Below the pieces are notes generated by a model that saw only the letters and a program-made list of their open reading frames with translations, made no database searches and was not told the DNA's origin. Of a DNA stretch of 64,000 bases, positions 13,744 through 26,500 are shown piece after piece. The stretch lies in assembly GCA_973895155.1 (NCBI GenBank), contig OZ316894.1:11758828-11822827 (forward strand), given 5' to 3'. Made by a program: the position numbers and the translations under genes. Source of the stretch: Marsupella aquatica. Lineage: Eukaryota > Plantae > Marchantiophyta. The first letter of the stretch is position 1. Every line of letters begins with the position of its first letter.

Positions 13744-14047
13744 CTTTCTCGATACTGACTGTTGGGCACTCCTTTCCTTCTTCTCCCTTTTTCCCTTCTC
13801 TTCTTCTCGAAATTGCACGTCCGGGCACTCGTCCGCCACTACTCCGAAAATCCTCAAGCTTGGACTGATTTTCCGGTCGGATTGGAGTGCTTTCTTCGTC
13901 CTCTCAATCCTCAGTGCAGTCAAGTAGTGGGCCAACGAACACAAGCGCACTCGACTCGGCCAAAGATCGATAGCTCACCATCAGCATCAGTCTCTCTGCT
14001 CTGTAACGAAGAGCCGCTGCAAAAGTCTCCGCACCATCAAACGGAGC

Positions 14048-14855
14048 AATATTTTCCTCGTGAAGGACAAAAGAGTCAACAACGTATTGTATGGAGTACT
14101 AATGATGTAGAATAATATATACATCGTAGATACGGTATAATTAATAGACCCCACCTCCAAAAGGGGTCTCAGTAATTGCGAAAATGATATTCCCTAGAAA
14201 AAAAACATACAATTGAGATTGAATAATTGACAATATTCCCTGTCACATTGTGAGTAGAATGGGGTCCATCCTAGTTGCAAAAATCCATGGGAACATTTTA
14301 ACAAACTTAGAGGTCTATCCGGGCTTCATTTTACAGTAATTGCACGTCAAAATATGACAAATATATTATATTATGTTCCTCCGTTTCATGATAAACCTTT
14401 TTTTTTTTTTACATCAATCTGTTTCATGATAAACGTTGTTATTTTTTTTAAATCAATGAATGTACACCATATATTACCAAATTGTGATGTGGAAGCGCAC
14501 ATCATATATTACCTGGTCTGATGGGGCCCCATGGAAACCTTGGTTTCAATTTGGACCCGCCTACCCCCCCCCCCCTCTTACATAAGATGTTCTTGTAATT
14601 ATGGTTCTGGTAAGTTGCAGCCCTCCACTCGAGAACCAGAACCCAGTACATAGTAAACTATGGTGAAATGTCATCCCAAAGTGATGGTGAACCACACCCT
14701 TTCACAAACCAGGCAATGATCTAACGAGGAGCCGCCAAAAAAGCTTCTCCATGATCAAACTAAGTAATATTTTTATTGTGAAGGACAAAGAGTCAACATG
14801 CGTATTGTATGCAGTATTCATAATGTAGATGAATACATACATCTCAAGATATCTA
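14048..14855. repeat. Direct repeat of about 85 bp upstream of the FYVE gene, two copies
   Basis: aatatt...gtgaaggacaaa(a)gagtcaaca..cgtattgtatg.agta.t.at.atgtaga at about 14048-14130 and 14766-14852. Confidence 0.8.
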
Positions 14856-15820
14856 GTAATTATGCTTTATGGAAACCCCCTAAAACGCATAGCAGATTCC
14901 TTGGGAGATTGATATATATGTACTAGTGCAAGATCTAAAATGTCACACAAATGTGAGTATTCCAACCTTGCCATTAGCAAAAAGAAAGTATGGTACTACA
15001 AGGGGCTTAGAAATTCTTGTGAGTGTGATCCAGGGTCGGGTTGGGGTCCGTGTACTGGATCTCAGTGGGAACAGACAGGTCCCAAAATTCAGCCTTGAAA
15101 TTAAGCCTTCACAAAAGATCTCTTGTGGTTAACGTCCCAAAAGTTACAAAAATCCTGAAGATCTTCACCTTTTGCCCATGGTAATTGTCTAGGCATGGCT
15201 CGTGGCTGCAAGGAAGCTCTACTCTGCCAAGTTTGGCTAAGAGCTAAAAGTATGATGATCTTCACCTTTTGCCCATGATAATTGTCCAGCCAAAAAGCTT
15301 TTGCCAAGTTTGGCTAAGGGCAAAAGCAGCGGGAATATTATCGAGCTCCCGACCACATTTTACATTGTAAGACATTAACGTCTTTGAAATGACTATGTTT
15401 TCCCTAACCAGAGGGTTTGCCTCTCCCAAATTCGAATGGTCTGCTTTTGAATTTGACTGTTCAGGATCTCCTTTATCATTTCTAATCTCTGGTTTTTATG
15501 ACCAAACTCTAATTGAAGGTCCAATTCAATGTCATTGTCTCCCCAAGTCAAAAAATTGTTCCTCTAGTAGTCTTTTCATCATCATACTTTGAGGATGGAA
15601 CCTCTACTCTATCAAGTCTCGCTTTGAGAAACAAACAAGAGTAATTGTTGATCCATGTTTCGCAAAATTTTGACGCCTGATCTACTTTTCAAGATTCCTA
15701 AGGGTAGAGATTTTTTACAAATGCAAATTCTATTTTTGGTGGACAAGACACCACACTACAAGATACCAGACTCCTCATGTACGTCAAATCAGACACCACA
15801 CAACGAGATACCAAACATGA

Positions 15821-16480
15821 GCACATAATGTCAAATCACATAGTCTGAGCACGTCAAATCAATTTCAGAGTCTAAGTCAGACCTCATTTTTTAAAATAGG
15901 GCATGTACTGAGAGCAATGTCTCCCTACAATGCTTTCGTGTTGCTACTAGTCAGAGTAATGGAGCATTCATCCTAAAACTATCAGGATGCGACAATTGTC
16001 TGTCATTCTCCCCATTTCAGCTGTTACTCTCCTGTGTCCCAAGCACATAATGTCAAATCACATTGTTTGAGCACGTCGAATCAATTTTAGAGTCTAAGTC
16101 AGACCTCATTTTTTTAAATAGGGCATGTACTGACAGTAATGTCTCCCTACAATGCTTTCGTGTTGTCCCTAGTCAGAGTAATGGAGCATTCATCCTAAAA
16201 ATGTCGGGATGGGACAATTGTCTGTCCTCCCCATTTCAGCTATCACCTCCTGTGCCCCAAGCACACAATGTCAAATTACACAGTCTGAGCATGTCGAATC
16301 AATTTCAGAGTCTAAGTCAGACCTCATTTTTTAAATAGGGCATGTACTGATAGCAATGTCTCCCTACAATGCTTTTGTGTTGTCACTAGTCAGAGTAATG
16401 GAGCATTCATCCTAAAACTGTCGGGATGTCACAATTGTCTGTCCTTCTCCCCATTTCAGCTGTCACTCTCCTGTGCCCCA
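15821..16480. repeat. Tandem repeat, unit about 220 bp, 3 copies
   Basis: Units start at about 15821, 16043 and 16261: gcac(a)taatgtcaaat.aca...gagtctaagtcagacctcattttt..aaatagggcatgtactga...ccccatttcagct...ctcctgtg.ccca. Confidence 0.93.
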
Positions 16481-16589
16481 TCCTCTGAGCTCTGGGCTGA
16501 GCTCTAACTCTCCTCTAGTGCATCCTCCTCCTCTGAAAGAACTGTGGTAGGTGTAGATTTAGGTAAAGTTGGCAGGCCATCTCGTGTTC

Positions 16590-17020
16590 CCTAAAAGTTG
16601 GCAGGGTACTTCTTGATAAGTTTTGGGAGTTTGCTGGTTAGTTGCTTAGTCTCCCTTGTCCCATTGGTATTCAAAGAATCATAGCTTTATCGCGTATTAT
16701 ATTTTTTGCTTGTCAAGTTGGTTGTTGACTGCCTTCACACATTTGGTGGCAAGTTTCAAGAAGTACATCTTCCCCAGGTTCTTTAGCTTCCCACCTGCTC
16801 TTTTGCCTGTTTTTTGCCCCTGTCCGTCTCTAAGTAACTCCATTTTTTTCCTCCCACCTACTACTACAAGCATCTTTCAATTTAGAAGTGACAAAAGAAT
16901 CATAGGGTTGGAAAAGGTGCATGGAATTACTACGGAAGTACTTCCACCAAAGCTGATTCGGCTTCTTCTATCACATTGTGTCTCGGGACATTGTCCATCC
17001 ATTGCATCTTTAGGCGGCCC
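16590..17020 (-). pseudogene. Degenerate pogo/Tc1-mariner-superfamily (DDE_1) transposase C-terminus
   Basis: Minus-strand reading with frameshifts gives WMDNVPRHN...KYFRSNSMHLFQPYDSFVTSKLKDA...GKLKNLGKMYFLKLATKCVKAVN...KAMIL...KQLTSKLPKLIKKYPANF. This matches the DDE_1 LxxDNxxxH and PxNxTHLxQPxD motifs. Confidence 0.7.
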
Positions 17021-17724
17021 ACATTCAATTGTGAAGATCTTCAATGAATCAATGTCCCGTACAAGATCTTCAATGAATGGACAATCTCATGATCTTCACA
17101 ATTGAACGTTGAGTTTTGTATTGCATAGCAAATTCATGATCATTGAGGCAAGCGTTCACAAAGTAATTTTATAAAATGGTTGTCCCAATTGTTGGTCCTT
17201 AGTTGTTGGCATCTGGCACACTTGAAGATGTCGAACAGACATGTAGGAGGTGAGAAAGCTAATCCAAAAGAATTAAGGAGTTTCCTCCCTTCTCCCCCGT
17301 GAAGCAATCAGGGTGGGAATTCAAGGACAATGATTTAGAAGTTTGCACTTTCATTCACATTTTTTACCAAACGGTTCCATGGCCAGCTTCACATTGTCTA
17401 TTCCCTTGGCATCCTAGGCCTACAATTATATTTCTTGCATATAATTAGAACCAGGATTCAAGTATTGTGCTAGAGAAAAATTTACGTACATCGTTAACTT
17501 TTGTCATCTTCTGGCTATTAAGATAGTTCTCTCTCAACAATTTTCCATGCCCAAATTTGCTTTTGTTCCATCAAATTGATTGCAAGTTGAAGATCAAAAT
17601 AGTTTTTTCTTTTGCCTATAGTGCTCAGTGCAGATTCCACAAATTATTGAGACTCTAGCTGCAAAATTGCACATAACTAAGTGATTGATGGTTACCTTGC
17701 TTAGAACTCTTCTAAACTTTTCCA

Positions 17725-17905
17725 GAAATAAAGAGGACATACTCATCAGATGGTTAGGCGTGTATTGACCGAGGCAATTTGATAATTGTGGAAGGGCAGT
17801 CAATGAGAGGCGGTAAATAAAGAGGACATACTCATCAAATGGTTAGGCGTGTATCGACCGAGGCAATTTGATAATTGTGGAAGGGCAGGCGATGAGAGGC
17901 GGTGC
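17725..17905. repeat. Tandem duplication, about 90 bp x 2
   Basis: aaataaagaggacatactcatca(g/a)atggttaggcgtgtat(t/c)gaccgaggcaatttgataattgtggaagggcag...atgagaggcggt is repeated head to tail. Confidence 0.92.
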
Positions 17906-20039
17906 GCTTTCGTGAATCATATTGGAAAAACTTACGTGTTTCAATCTATGTTGAGTAATTCCCAATGCATGGCTGCAGCTTGCAGAAGCCATTTAATGGC
18001 ATTGTTTGGATTGTGAACCCAGGAAAAGACTTTTCAAGAGAGATTGTGTTATCGACAGTTCAATTTGCTTATATCCTGGAATTTGTTATTGGGTTATACG
18101 TGGTCATTGTCCATCGAGATTGTCGGACATTGATTTCTAGCTTTAATGTACAATTGCATTGAATTGGGAGGTTTTCAATATTGTTTCTAAAATGGAATCT
18201 CTTATACATTCAATGATGTTTATGATCTGATTTCCTTGGTTTTGAGTAGGACGAAGAACTGGTGTCCCAAAAGTTGTAGTAAGGTCATAGGATTTGCAGG
18301 AACACTCAAGTTGCTAATTATTGACGGTCTATCAATATCTGTACCCAATATCTGTCTCACAAGTAAGTTATGGTTACTTTCATAATGGGTATTCTAGTGA
18401 CTTTAACAAACCATAAACATGAAGTAGAGTATGTTCTAAATTTTGCCATTGAAATATGTAATAGATTGGAATATATCAATGACAGCCAATTCATCGTCAT
18501 TCAAACGGAAGAGAGTTATAGTTTGATCTCTAAAGATTTAAGATCTTTGATGACATCAATGTAGTGTGGGTCATGGACGGGGAAAGGTTTGCAAGGTACA
18601 ATATGTTAGCCACAAAATTTTGGGAGAAAAGAGGACTTTGAACAAACCAGATCATGGAGAAAACTACACCATTCACCGTAACTAGTGTGAGTAACACTAA
18701 TTTGAGAGCAACCATTTTGGGGGTCTACTTGCGAACTAATGTTAGTCCCACTAATTCCAAGCAAACACTAATTGTGCCCACGGCAAATAGTGTTACGTAA
18801 CACCAATTCACGTGACTTTTTGATTTGTATTGCGTGGCGCCAGAATGACGGTACTTCAAGTGTTCTTGGCAACCAGGCCTCTCATTACAGGCTCTTTGTT
18901 AGGGTATTCAGTTGTCACCCTCATTCAGGCTAACATTGATTGATGAGCATAATGTGAGTGATAGTTCAATGTGAGCTGACAGAAAAAGATCCCTAATAGA
19001 TGCAGCTTTAGTCTCCACAACTATCGAGCTCTCCGCACCTCCAAATGCTCTATTGTTGGATGTGAAATAAAACCTCCAACAACAATTGTGCGTGGGATTT
19101 AACGTTGCGGAGCCCTCAAATACCAAGTAGATACTCTAGCCCTCCATGACTACAGAGCTTTCACCTCGAGATGCTCTACAATAGTATGTTGAACAAAACA
19201 TTTAAACAAAACCTAAAATAATAATTTTTTGAAAACTAACACCAATTAGTGTTACTTTTGCTTCAGAATCAAGTTCACATAAATTAGTGTGACTAACACT
19301 AATTTGGACATAACACTATTTATGTCATAACAATAATTACGGCAAACAATGTACACATATTATCAGAATAAGCTTCATTGGAGAATTTGAGTTCATTGGA
19401 GATGCCAGAAAAATGTACTTTTCGATTGGAGTCCATAGTGAAGGTTGTGGGGTTGGATTGCCTAAGCTCATGCCCGATGACTGACATATTAGTCCTTGAG
19501 TGTCATTTCCAAATCAATCTGGAAGGAGATACAACTTGACAGCTTCAACAATGGCAGAGTTTGAGAGGACTATTCTTGGGAGATGGTAAGTGGGAATATC
19601 TATGGGATAGCAAGTGGGAATAGCAAGATTAGATAGCAAAGGCCAAAGCAAACTGGAATAGATATCATGGAGTACTCCTTTCGATGGAACGACCTGATGT
19701 TTTGAACAAGTAGCAGCAGGAGTAGACGTCTATAACTTTTTTCTCCTCCAGGCATTTATGTTGCAGACGAATGCACTAGATTCTGTAGTAATTTAGCTGA
19801 TCCAGTACATACTATAACTGCTGGATTTTAATCCAATCATGGGTTCAATATGTCAGGTCTTCGATACCTTAATTAGGCATCAAAGTAGCATTGGATTAGT
19901 TACTGACACTTCTTATGTTATATGTATTTTTGTTCTCTAAAGTTCAGAACTTTTACTTTGTATTTAGACTTGACTAGTGCGTTCAGTGATTCTGAGTGTG
20001 CCATATTCAAACAAGCACCTGAATTAGTGAGACCAAAAT

Positions 20040-20280
20040 TGTGACTTCTTAGTGTGCAAACTAGTGGGCCAAAGAGGAAGCCAGGTCAACTATAGGCTAA
20101 GGGGAGGCCCGGGACCCCTATTGTACCAACCAGGTTCGACCTCTGCTCAGAAACCCAAAGTACAAACTAACTGGTGAAGTTGAGACCAAAGAGGAAAGGA
20201 CTAACCCCTCAGCCAGGTTAACTAAAGGGTAAGGAAAGGCCCAAGAGGCCTATTGCACCACCCAGGTTTGAGCCCTGGCC
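20040..20280. repeat. Diverged tandem duplication, period about 130 bp
   Basis: ccaaagaggaa...gccaggt.aacta.agg.taagg..aggccc....cctattg.acca.ccaggtt occurs twice. Confidence 0.65.
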
Positions 20281-21339
20281 AGGCCAAGAGGTCGCCTAAG
20301 AAGATACCTTTGTATGAAAATACCTTCAAGCAAAGCTAAGCAAAGCAAAGCAAGCAATGTGACATGACATCTATACTTCAATTTGGGATCAAACTCAACC
20401 TTTCATGACCTACTCAGTATATTGAAGCCATAGGCTATAATTTCTCTGGTAACAATCTTTTGACATTTGGATGATGCTTGTGAGTAGGGACAGGCACCAG
20501 GAGTCTGGGTCCGAGAGCCCTTCTTGTGCATAAGCTTGGGTATTATTTTGGGCTAGTCAATACTACAGCCCACAATATAATCCCTACTTTCAGAATTTAG
20601 ACTACGCTTGTGAGTAGGGAAGGGCATGAGAGCCTGGGTATTGAGGCCCTTCCTTTGCATATGTTAATATTGTAGGAAACAAAAGTTACTGGTGGATAAC
20701 CATTTCTACTCCATGCTTCTATTCACATATCCAGATTTGGTCCAGAGCAAAATCCTGGGTTGTGCCTGGGCAAAATCCTGGTTTTTGTTCCTGGGCAAAA
20801 TTTTGCACAAAAACCGAGGTCTGGGTAGGAGTCACTCAACTATAATCTTGCATCCAGAATGTGAGAAGAAGCTTCCCTGAGGCATTCTAGGAGTTGAGTT
20901 ATAGGCACTAAGCAACCCTGTCCCAAGGCCCAATTATCCTATGTGCACTGGTTTAAGCTTACTGGTAGCATTCCAGAAGTAGAGTAGGTATAGAAAGCAG
21001 ACCTTGGTTGTCCTATATGCACAGGTTTTTGGGCTCATATACACTACTTGGGCTTATATATACTTTAAGGTCATGCGTTCACTTATTACGGTCCTTGTCC
21101 TGTTACTCCTCTCCACGTGCAAGTCTTAACTTCTCATTATAAGTTATATGGTCTCAATGCAAAGTTGAGCAGCCTAGCAAACACAATACAAATGTCAGGT
21201 CCAATCATAAGCCAATACATGACCTGAAAGTATGATCAAACCCATACAATACCATTTACAATTATATGGTCTCCCACATATCTCCCCGCATAAGGTCAGC
21301 CTACACCTTGTAAAGGGCACCATATGCCCTTAAATCCTA

Positions 21340-22345
21340 CAGTGCTTGGGCTCATATTTTCTACAGTCCATAGTGTAATCCTTACTTCACATCTCACAAT
21401 TATCCATCAAGTCCATCAGTCTAATCTCGCACCCTCCAATGGCAGTAATTCAGCCCCTCCCAGACCTCGGTTATCCTATTCACACTACTTGGGCTCATAT
21501 ACACTACCGGGGCTCATATACACTACTTATTAGGCTCGAATATACTACAGCCCATAATGTAATCCTCACTTCACATCTCATGATTATCCAGCCAAAGAGT
21601 CCATCAGTCTAATCTCGTGCCCTCTAATGGCAGTAATTATCCCCCTCCCAGATCTCGGTTATCCTATTCACACTACTTGGGCTCACATACACTACTGGGG
21701 CTCATATACACTACTTATTAGGCTCGTATATACTACAGCCCATAATGTAATCCTCACTTCACATCTCATAATTATCCAGCAAAGAGTCCATGAGTCTAAT
21801 CTCGTGCCCTCTAATGGCAGTAGTTAACCTCCCCTCCCCCTCCCCGACCTCGGTTATCCTATTCACACTACTTGGGCTCATATACACTACTTATTAGGCT
21901 CGTATATACTACAGCCCATAATGTAATCCTCATTTCACACCTCATAATTATCCAGTAAAGAATTCATGAGTCTAATCTCGTGCCCTCTAATGGCAGTAGT
22001 TAACCTCCCCCCCCCCCCCCCCCCCTCCCCGACCTCGGTTATCCTATTCACAGTACTTGGGCTCATATACACTACTTATTAGGCTCGTATATACTACAGC
22101 CCATAATGTAATCCTCACTTCACATCTCATAATTATCCAGCCAAAGAGTCCGTCAGTCTAATATCGTGCCCTCTAAAGGCAGTAATTAACCAGACCTCGA
22201 TTATCCTATTGACACTACTGGGGCTCATATACACTACTGGGGCTCGTATATACTACAGCCCATAGTGTAATCCTCACTTCACATCTCATTATTATCCAGC
22301 AATCAAAAGAGTCTGTCAGTCTAATCTCGTGCCCTCTAATAATAA
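21340..22345. repeat. Tandem array, about 6 units of 160-185 bp with nested 18-bp subrepeats, directly upstream of the PP2A-B55 leader
   Basis: Unit core tactacagcccataatgtaatcctcacttcacatctcat.attatccag...agtctaatctcgtgccctctaatggcagta...gacctcggttatcctattcacactacttgggctcatatacactac at about 21361, 21543, 21731, 21908, 22093 and 22251. Partial copies occur at about 20550 and 21030. Confidence 0.95.
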
Positions 22346-22349
22346 TGTG

Positions 22350-23120
22350 ATTTGCCGGCCGCTCGCCCATCGTCTCCTCCTCCTCCTCCCAGCTCCCCCA
22401 GTTCCGTCCGCCACCATCGCCCACTTTTCCTTTTCCTTTCCTTCCCTTTCCTCCCTTCTCCTTGTTTTTCCTTCCTTTTCCTTGCTCTTCCTTCCTTCTC
22501 CTTGCTTTTCCTTCCTTCTCTCGGCTGCTACTACACTACGACTACTCCCACTACTGTACCATATTGTCTCGTCCCTGCCTCCCTCCCTCCCTCCCTCCCT
22601 CGTCAGGGTGGCTTGCTGCTCGTGCTGGTGCTGGTGCTGCAGCTTGTCGTGAGGTTTAGGACTGTTTTAAGCTTCGTGTCATACAACAAACACCAGTGGT
22701 AGTAGTGGTAGTAGTAGGACTGTAGTCGAAGTAGAGAGCGGACCCTGCCTGCCCTTCCTCCTGCTCCTACTACTGCCTTCTTCTTCCTCTTCTTCCTCTT
22801 CCCTGCTGCTGCTGCTGCTGCTGCAGTGCCCTGCAGTAGTAGTAGTGTAGAGTGCTGCTGCGTTCGAGTGCTGCTGCGTTCGAGTGCAGCGATCCGCTCG
22901 GTCGCGCTTCCTCTGCTCTCGTTGTGCTGCTCGCTTTCCCGTGCCGTGCTGTGTGTTTGTTGGGCTGCCTTGCTTTTCGGTGCTTTGTTGCGACTCTGTC
23001 CTCTGCCTCACTTTTACTTCTCACTGCTGCACTTCGACTCGACTCGACTCGACTCGACTCGACCTGACCGGCAGGCCAGGCCAGGCCAGCCCCGAGTGCT
23101 CGACCGACCGACCTCTTCGA

Positions 23121-23166
<46 letters not shown>

Positions 23167-23580
23167 GCGTGCGTGCGTGCGTGTGTTTCGTTTACAGAGT
23201 GCAGCAAGCAAAAGCACACGGGGGATGCTGGTCGTGGTGCTGCCACTGTTGCTCCTGGACTGAACTGACGGGAGTGGAGTGGAGTGGAGTGGAGTGGAGT
23301 TTAGTGAAGTGGAGTGAAGAGGGCAAGATTGGTATTGTATCGATGCTGTCATGGTCACGCCTATGGCCGGCCCGCGAAGGCCCTGGCTCCTCATGTTCGC
23401 ACTGCTATGGCTTCCGATGATGCTGCAGCCCCGCTCTATGCCACCCATCGGAGTGAATCGTGGTCTGCTGTCAACGACTTCCGCAATTGCTTTTGTTATG
23501 CTACGAGGTTAGGGTTCCGTGAAAGGCTGGGTTTCAGGTCTGCGCAATCGGAGGGTGTGTAGTGTGTTACGTAGAAGAGA
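22350..23580 (+). other. Long pyrimidine- and microsatellite-rich promoter/5' leader of the PP2A-B55 gene
   Basis: CT-rich tract at 22375-22600, (CTG)n at about 22803-22823, (GACTC)n at 23036-23060, (GA)n at 23125-23162 and (GAGTG)n at 23272-23300. Several upstream ATGs are present. Confidence 0.6.
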
Positions 23581-26500
23581 ATGATCAGTGGGGGTGGGGG
23601 AGCTGGAGTTGCGGCTCCCGGGGGCCCCGGACAGCCCCTCGAATGGAAATTTTCGCAAGTTTTTGGCGAGCGAGCGGCTGGCGAGGAAGTGCAAGAGGGT
23701 AAACTTACTTTTTCTTGCCTTGCATTGCTTCCTGTGCCTCACCCTCCTTTTGCTTGCATCGCATCTGTCATTTCCTGCGCTCTCCTCCATTCCCAGCATG
23801 CACCTCAACACGCCTGCGAATGGGATCTACCTTCCTTCTCGTCCCAATCTTATTACAGGTTCTCGCAATGATTCTTCGTCACTGCGGGTCTGTCAGCCTG
23901 AGCCTCTCCTTTCGTGGCACAATCACGGTGTCGGTCGGTCCTCAGCTTGGCATCTGCTGTAATGATCGCCCTTCTTGCGATGTGGTCCTCTTTGGTGCCG
24001 ATTTATTCCTCAGGAGGCAAGCTGGAACGAAAATTGTTGGGCTTCGTTGGCATTAGATTTCGCAGTACGGTTTGGGTCCCATGTCATTACGCTAGGTGCA
24101 CTGTTAGGCTTCAATCATCACTTTGTTTGGAGCTGCTCCTCCCCTTTACGGCAGCCGCGCGAGTGCAACGTCGCAGAAAATTGGCCCGACTGATACAACT
24201 CTCTGATGCATCATGATGTTCGATCGTGATTTTCTGGCATTAGAAAGTCCCTACCCTTCAGACACAGTTGCACATTTTGACGGGGAGAATTCAGCTGCGG
24301 TCTGCAACATTGAATGCTCACTTGGGGCTTGTCCATATCATTACTGCACCGCATCGGGAATAATCATACCGTGGGCTTCCTTTGGGTGACTCGTCGGGAG
24401 CGGTCGAAGTGCAGTGTTCTGTCAAAAGTCTTGAGGATTGCGTGTCGTGTTCCCTTAATCACCTCGCCAGTCTGTTGCATATTATTTCGTTGCTCTTTCC
24501 GATCAAGAGTCTGTGCTCGGATCCAATTTCTCAGCTTTGGTACGATTGGCGACCTAGGACCGACCTTTCAGCATTCAGTAAGAGTTTTCCTCTTATATAC
24601 GTGAATATTCCTCAATGATATGCAGTTGATGGAGATTTTTGAGGTTTGGTTACCCCCTCGGCTTACGTCACATGGATTTTAAATTTTACTAATCATAACC
24701 TTTAAGGTTTACTGAAAACCTTATTGTAGAGCCTTCACTTCTGAACTCTGGTAGGTGACCTATGTTTTGGCGTCCGCTCACTGGTTTCTCGTATATTGGG
24801 CAGTGTGCTTGCTGTATTCGGTTGTCGGGATGAAGATGCTGAGGGACCGATTTGTTCCTTTAAAAGAGTTCATGTCCTGGGTAAATCTGACCAAGAGATA
24901 CTTCTGTCTGTGGCAGTCGACATAATCTCTGCAATTGAGTTTGACAAGTCTGGGGAACATTTAGCCACTGGCGATCGAGGAGGGCGTGTAGTTCTGTTCG
25001 AGAGAACTGATGGGAAAGATGTAAGACTTGCAAACATTACTCACAGCTGCGCAGTGCGGATCTGTTGATTACGTTTACATTGCTGGTTTTGATCAACACC
25101 TTGAAGATGCTCGTAGTAGGTTGATTTATTTTGTTGGTCTCGTATTGGAGAGGTTTCGTTTGAGAGGGCAGTCTTCAGAGCATCACTTATAGAATACCGA
25201 CAAGGTTCGATCCACAAGCGGTATTCCAGCCTGATTGTTACTGTTAATGCTCTGCGTAGTCAAGTGAGGAGATCACTCACTTTAGACATTGTGGGAAACG
25301 TAAATGCATGAGTTTGATATGGTTCCTTATCTGGGCGATAAAATTGCGACTACCATGACTACTTCTTCGGCACTATATGCAATATTCAATAGTTTCATAT
25401 AATACGGATGGAAGAACTTCGCGAATTGAGGTTATAAACTAAGACCGACACTGAAGCGTTCTTGACGTAGGCTCTGAAGCGTGGGCTGTTGTATGGCATT
25501 GATGTAGTTACGACCACCCCGGAGGGAGCTGGAGAGAGCAGACTACCAAATACCTAGGCATCCAGAATATCGATACTCAACTGAGTTCCAAAGTCACGAG
25601 CCAGAGGTATGCTCACTTGGTATTTCTTTTCTCTAATATCAAGGTTGGATCGATTTTTTGTTGGATCATCATTGACAGGACAATGGACAAGAATGGATTG
25701 TCTTTCTCTGGCCTGTATGCTTCTAGAATTATCTTTTGAACTCACGAAAGGTTTTGATTTGTAGAGCTCTTAAAATGAACCAATTAAGGTAGGCTTACCG
25801 TAATTCTGGGGATCGTGTCACCCAATTTATCCTATGTCTGCGGGCAAACGTGGTGAAAGATATGGATTGTGCGGGTTTCTTGGGAGAGTTAGTGGACTTG
25901 CAGGTTTGATAGTGACGAATGGTTTCACTTAGGTCCAGAACGCTCACTATGGATTCTGGGGTTCGGTCGGCCGTCCTTTGAAATCCACCCTAAACAGGAA
26001 ATATGTTGTACCTACTGGCCAAGCTCCTTAGTCAAACTCCTGGCTCCTAGCTCTGTTCCAATGACAGCTTGGAATCGTATCGTAGGCTGCTAGACCTGTG
26101 AAAGTGACAAAGGTGAAAGTGCTAGACCTGTGAAAGCGATATTACCTGCACAGCCGACTTCTTGTCTCGATTGGGAGAACTGATGGACTTGAAACCTGTT
26201 AGCCACAGTCTATTCTCCCTAGGCTATAATCAAGTCTCCTTTGCTTTCTTTTGCTCTCTTTTGCTCCTCAGATCAGTGTTTTTGTCACCGCCATAGTGAG
26301 CTGGGATCACCGTCAATGTCCTTGGATTTAATTGTACATTCTCTTGTATTTAATGAAGGCCTTCACCAGCTTAATGCTGGCTCCATTAAGACTGACCAGA
26401 GAGTCTTGTTGTATTTAGATAACTTACAACACGCCTAAGTTCTTTAAAGCAGTCAGGCTTTCAATCATGCAGTATGACTGGCATGCAGACACTTTGAAAT

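Noticed and set aside
21340-22345. CRISPR-like appearance of the repeat arrays (also 39267-39810)
   Set aside because: Whole units are repeated with no unique spacers, there are no cas genes, and the context is eukaryotic.
22329-23448. Many overlapping 70-180 aa ORFs on both strands
   Set aside because: They arise from microsatellite and low-complexity, stop-poor leader sequence and show no recognisable domain.
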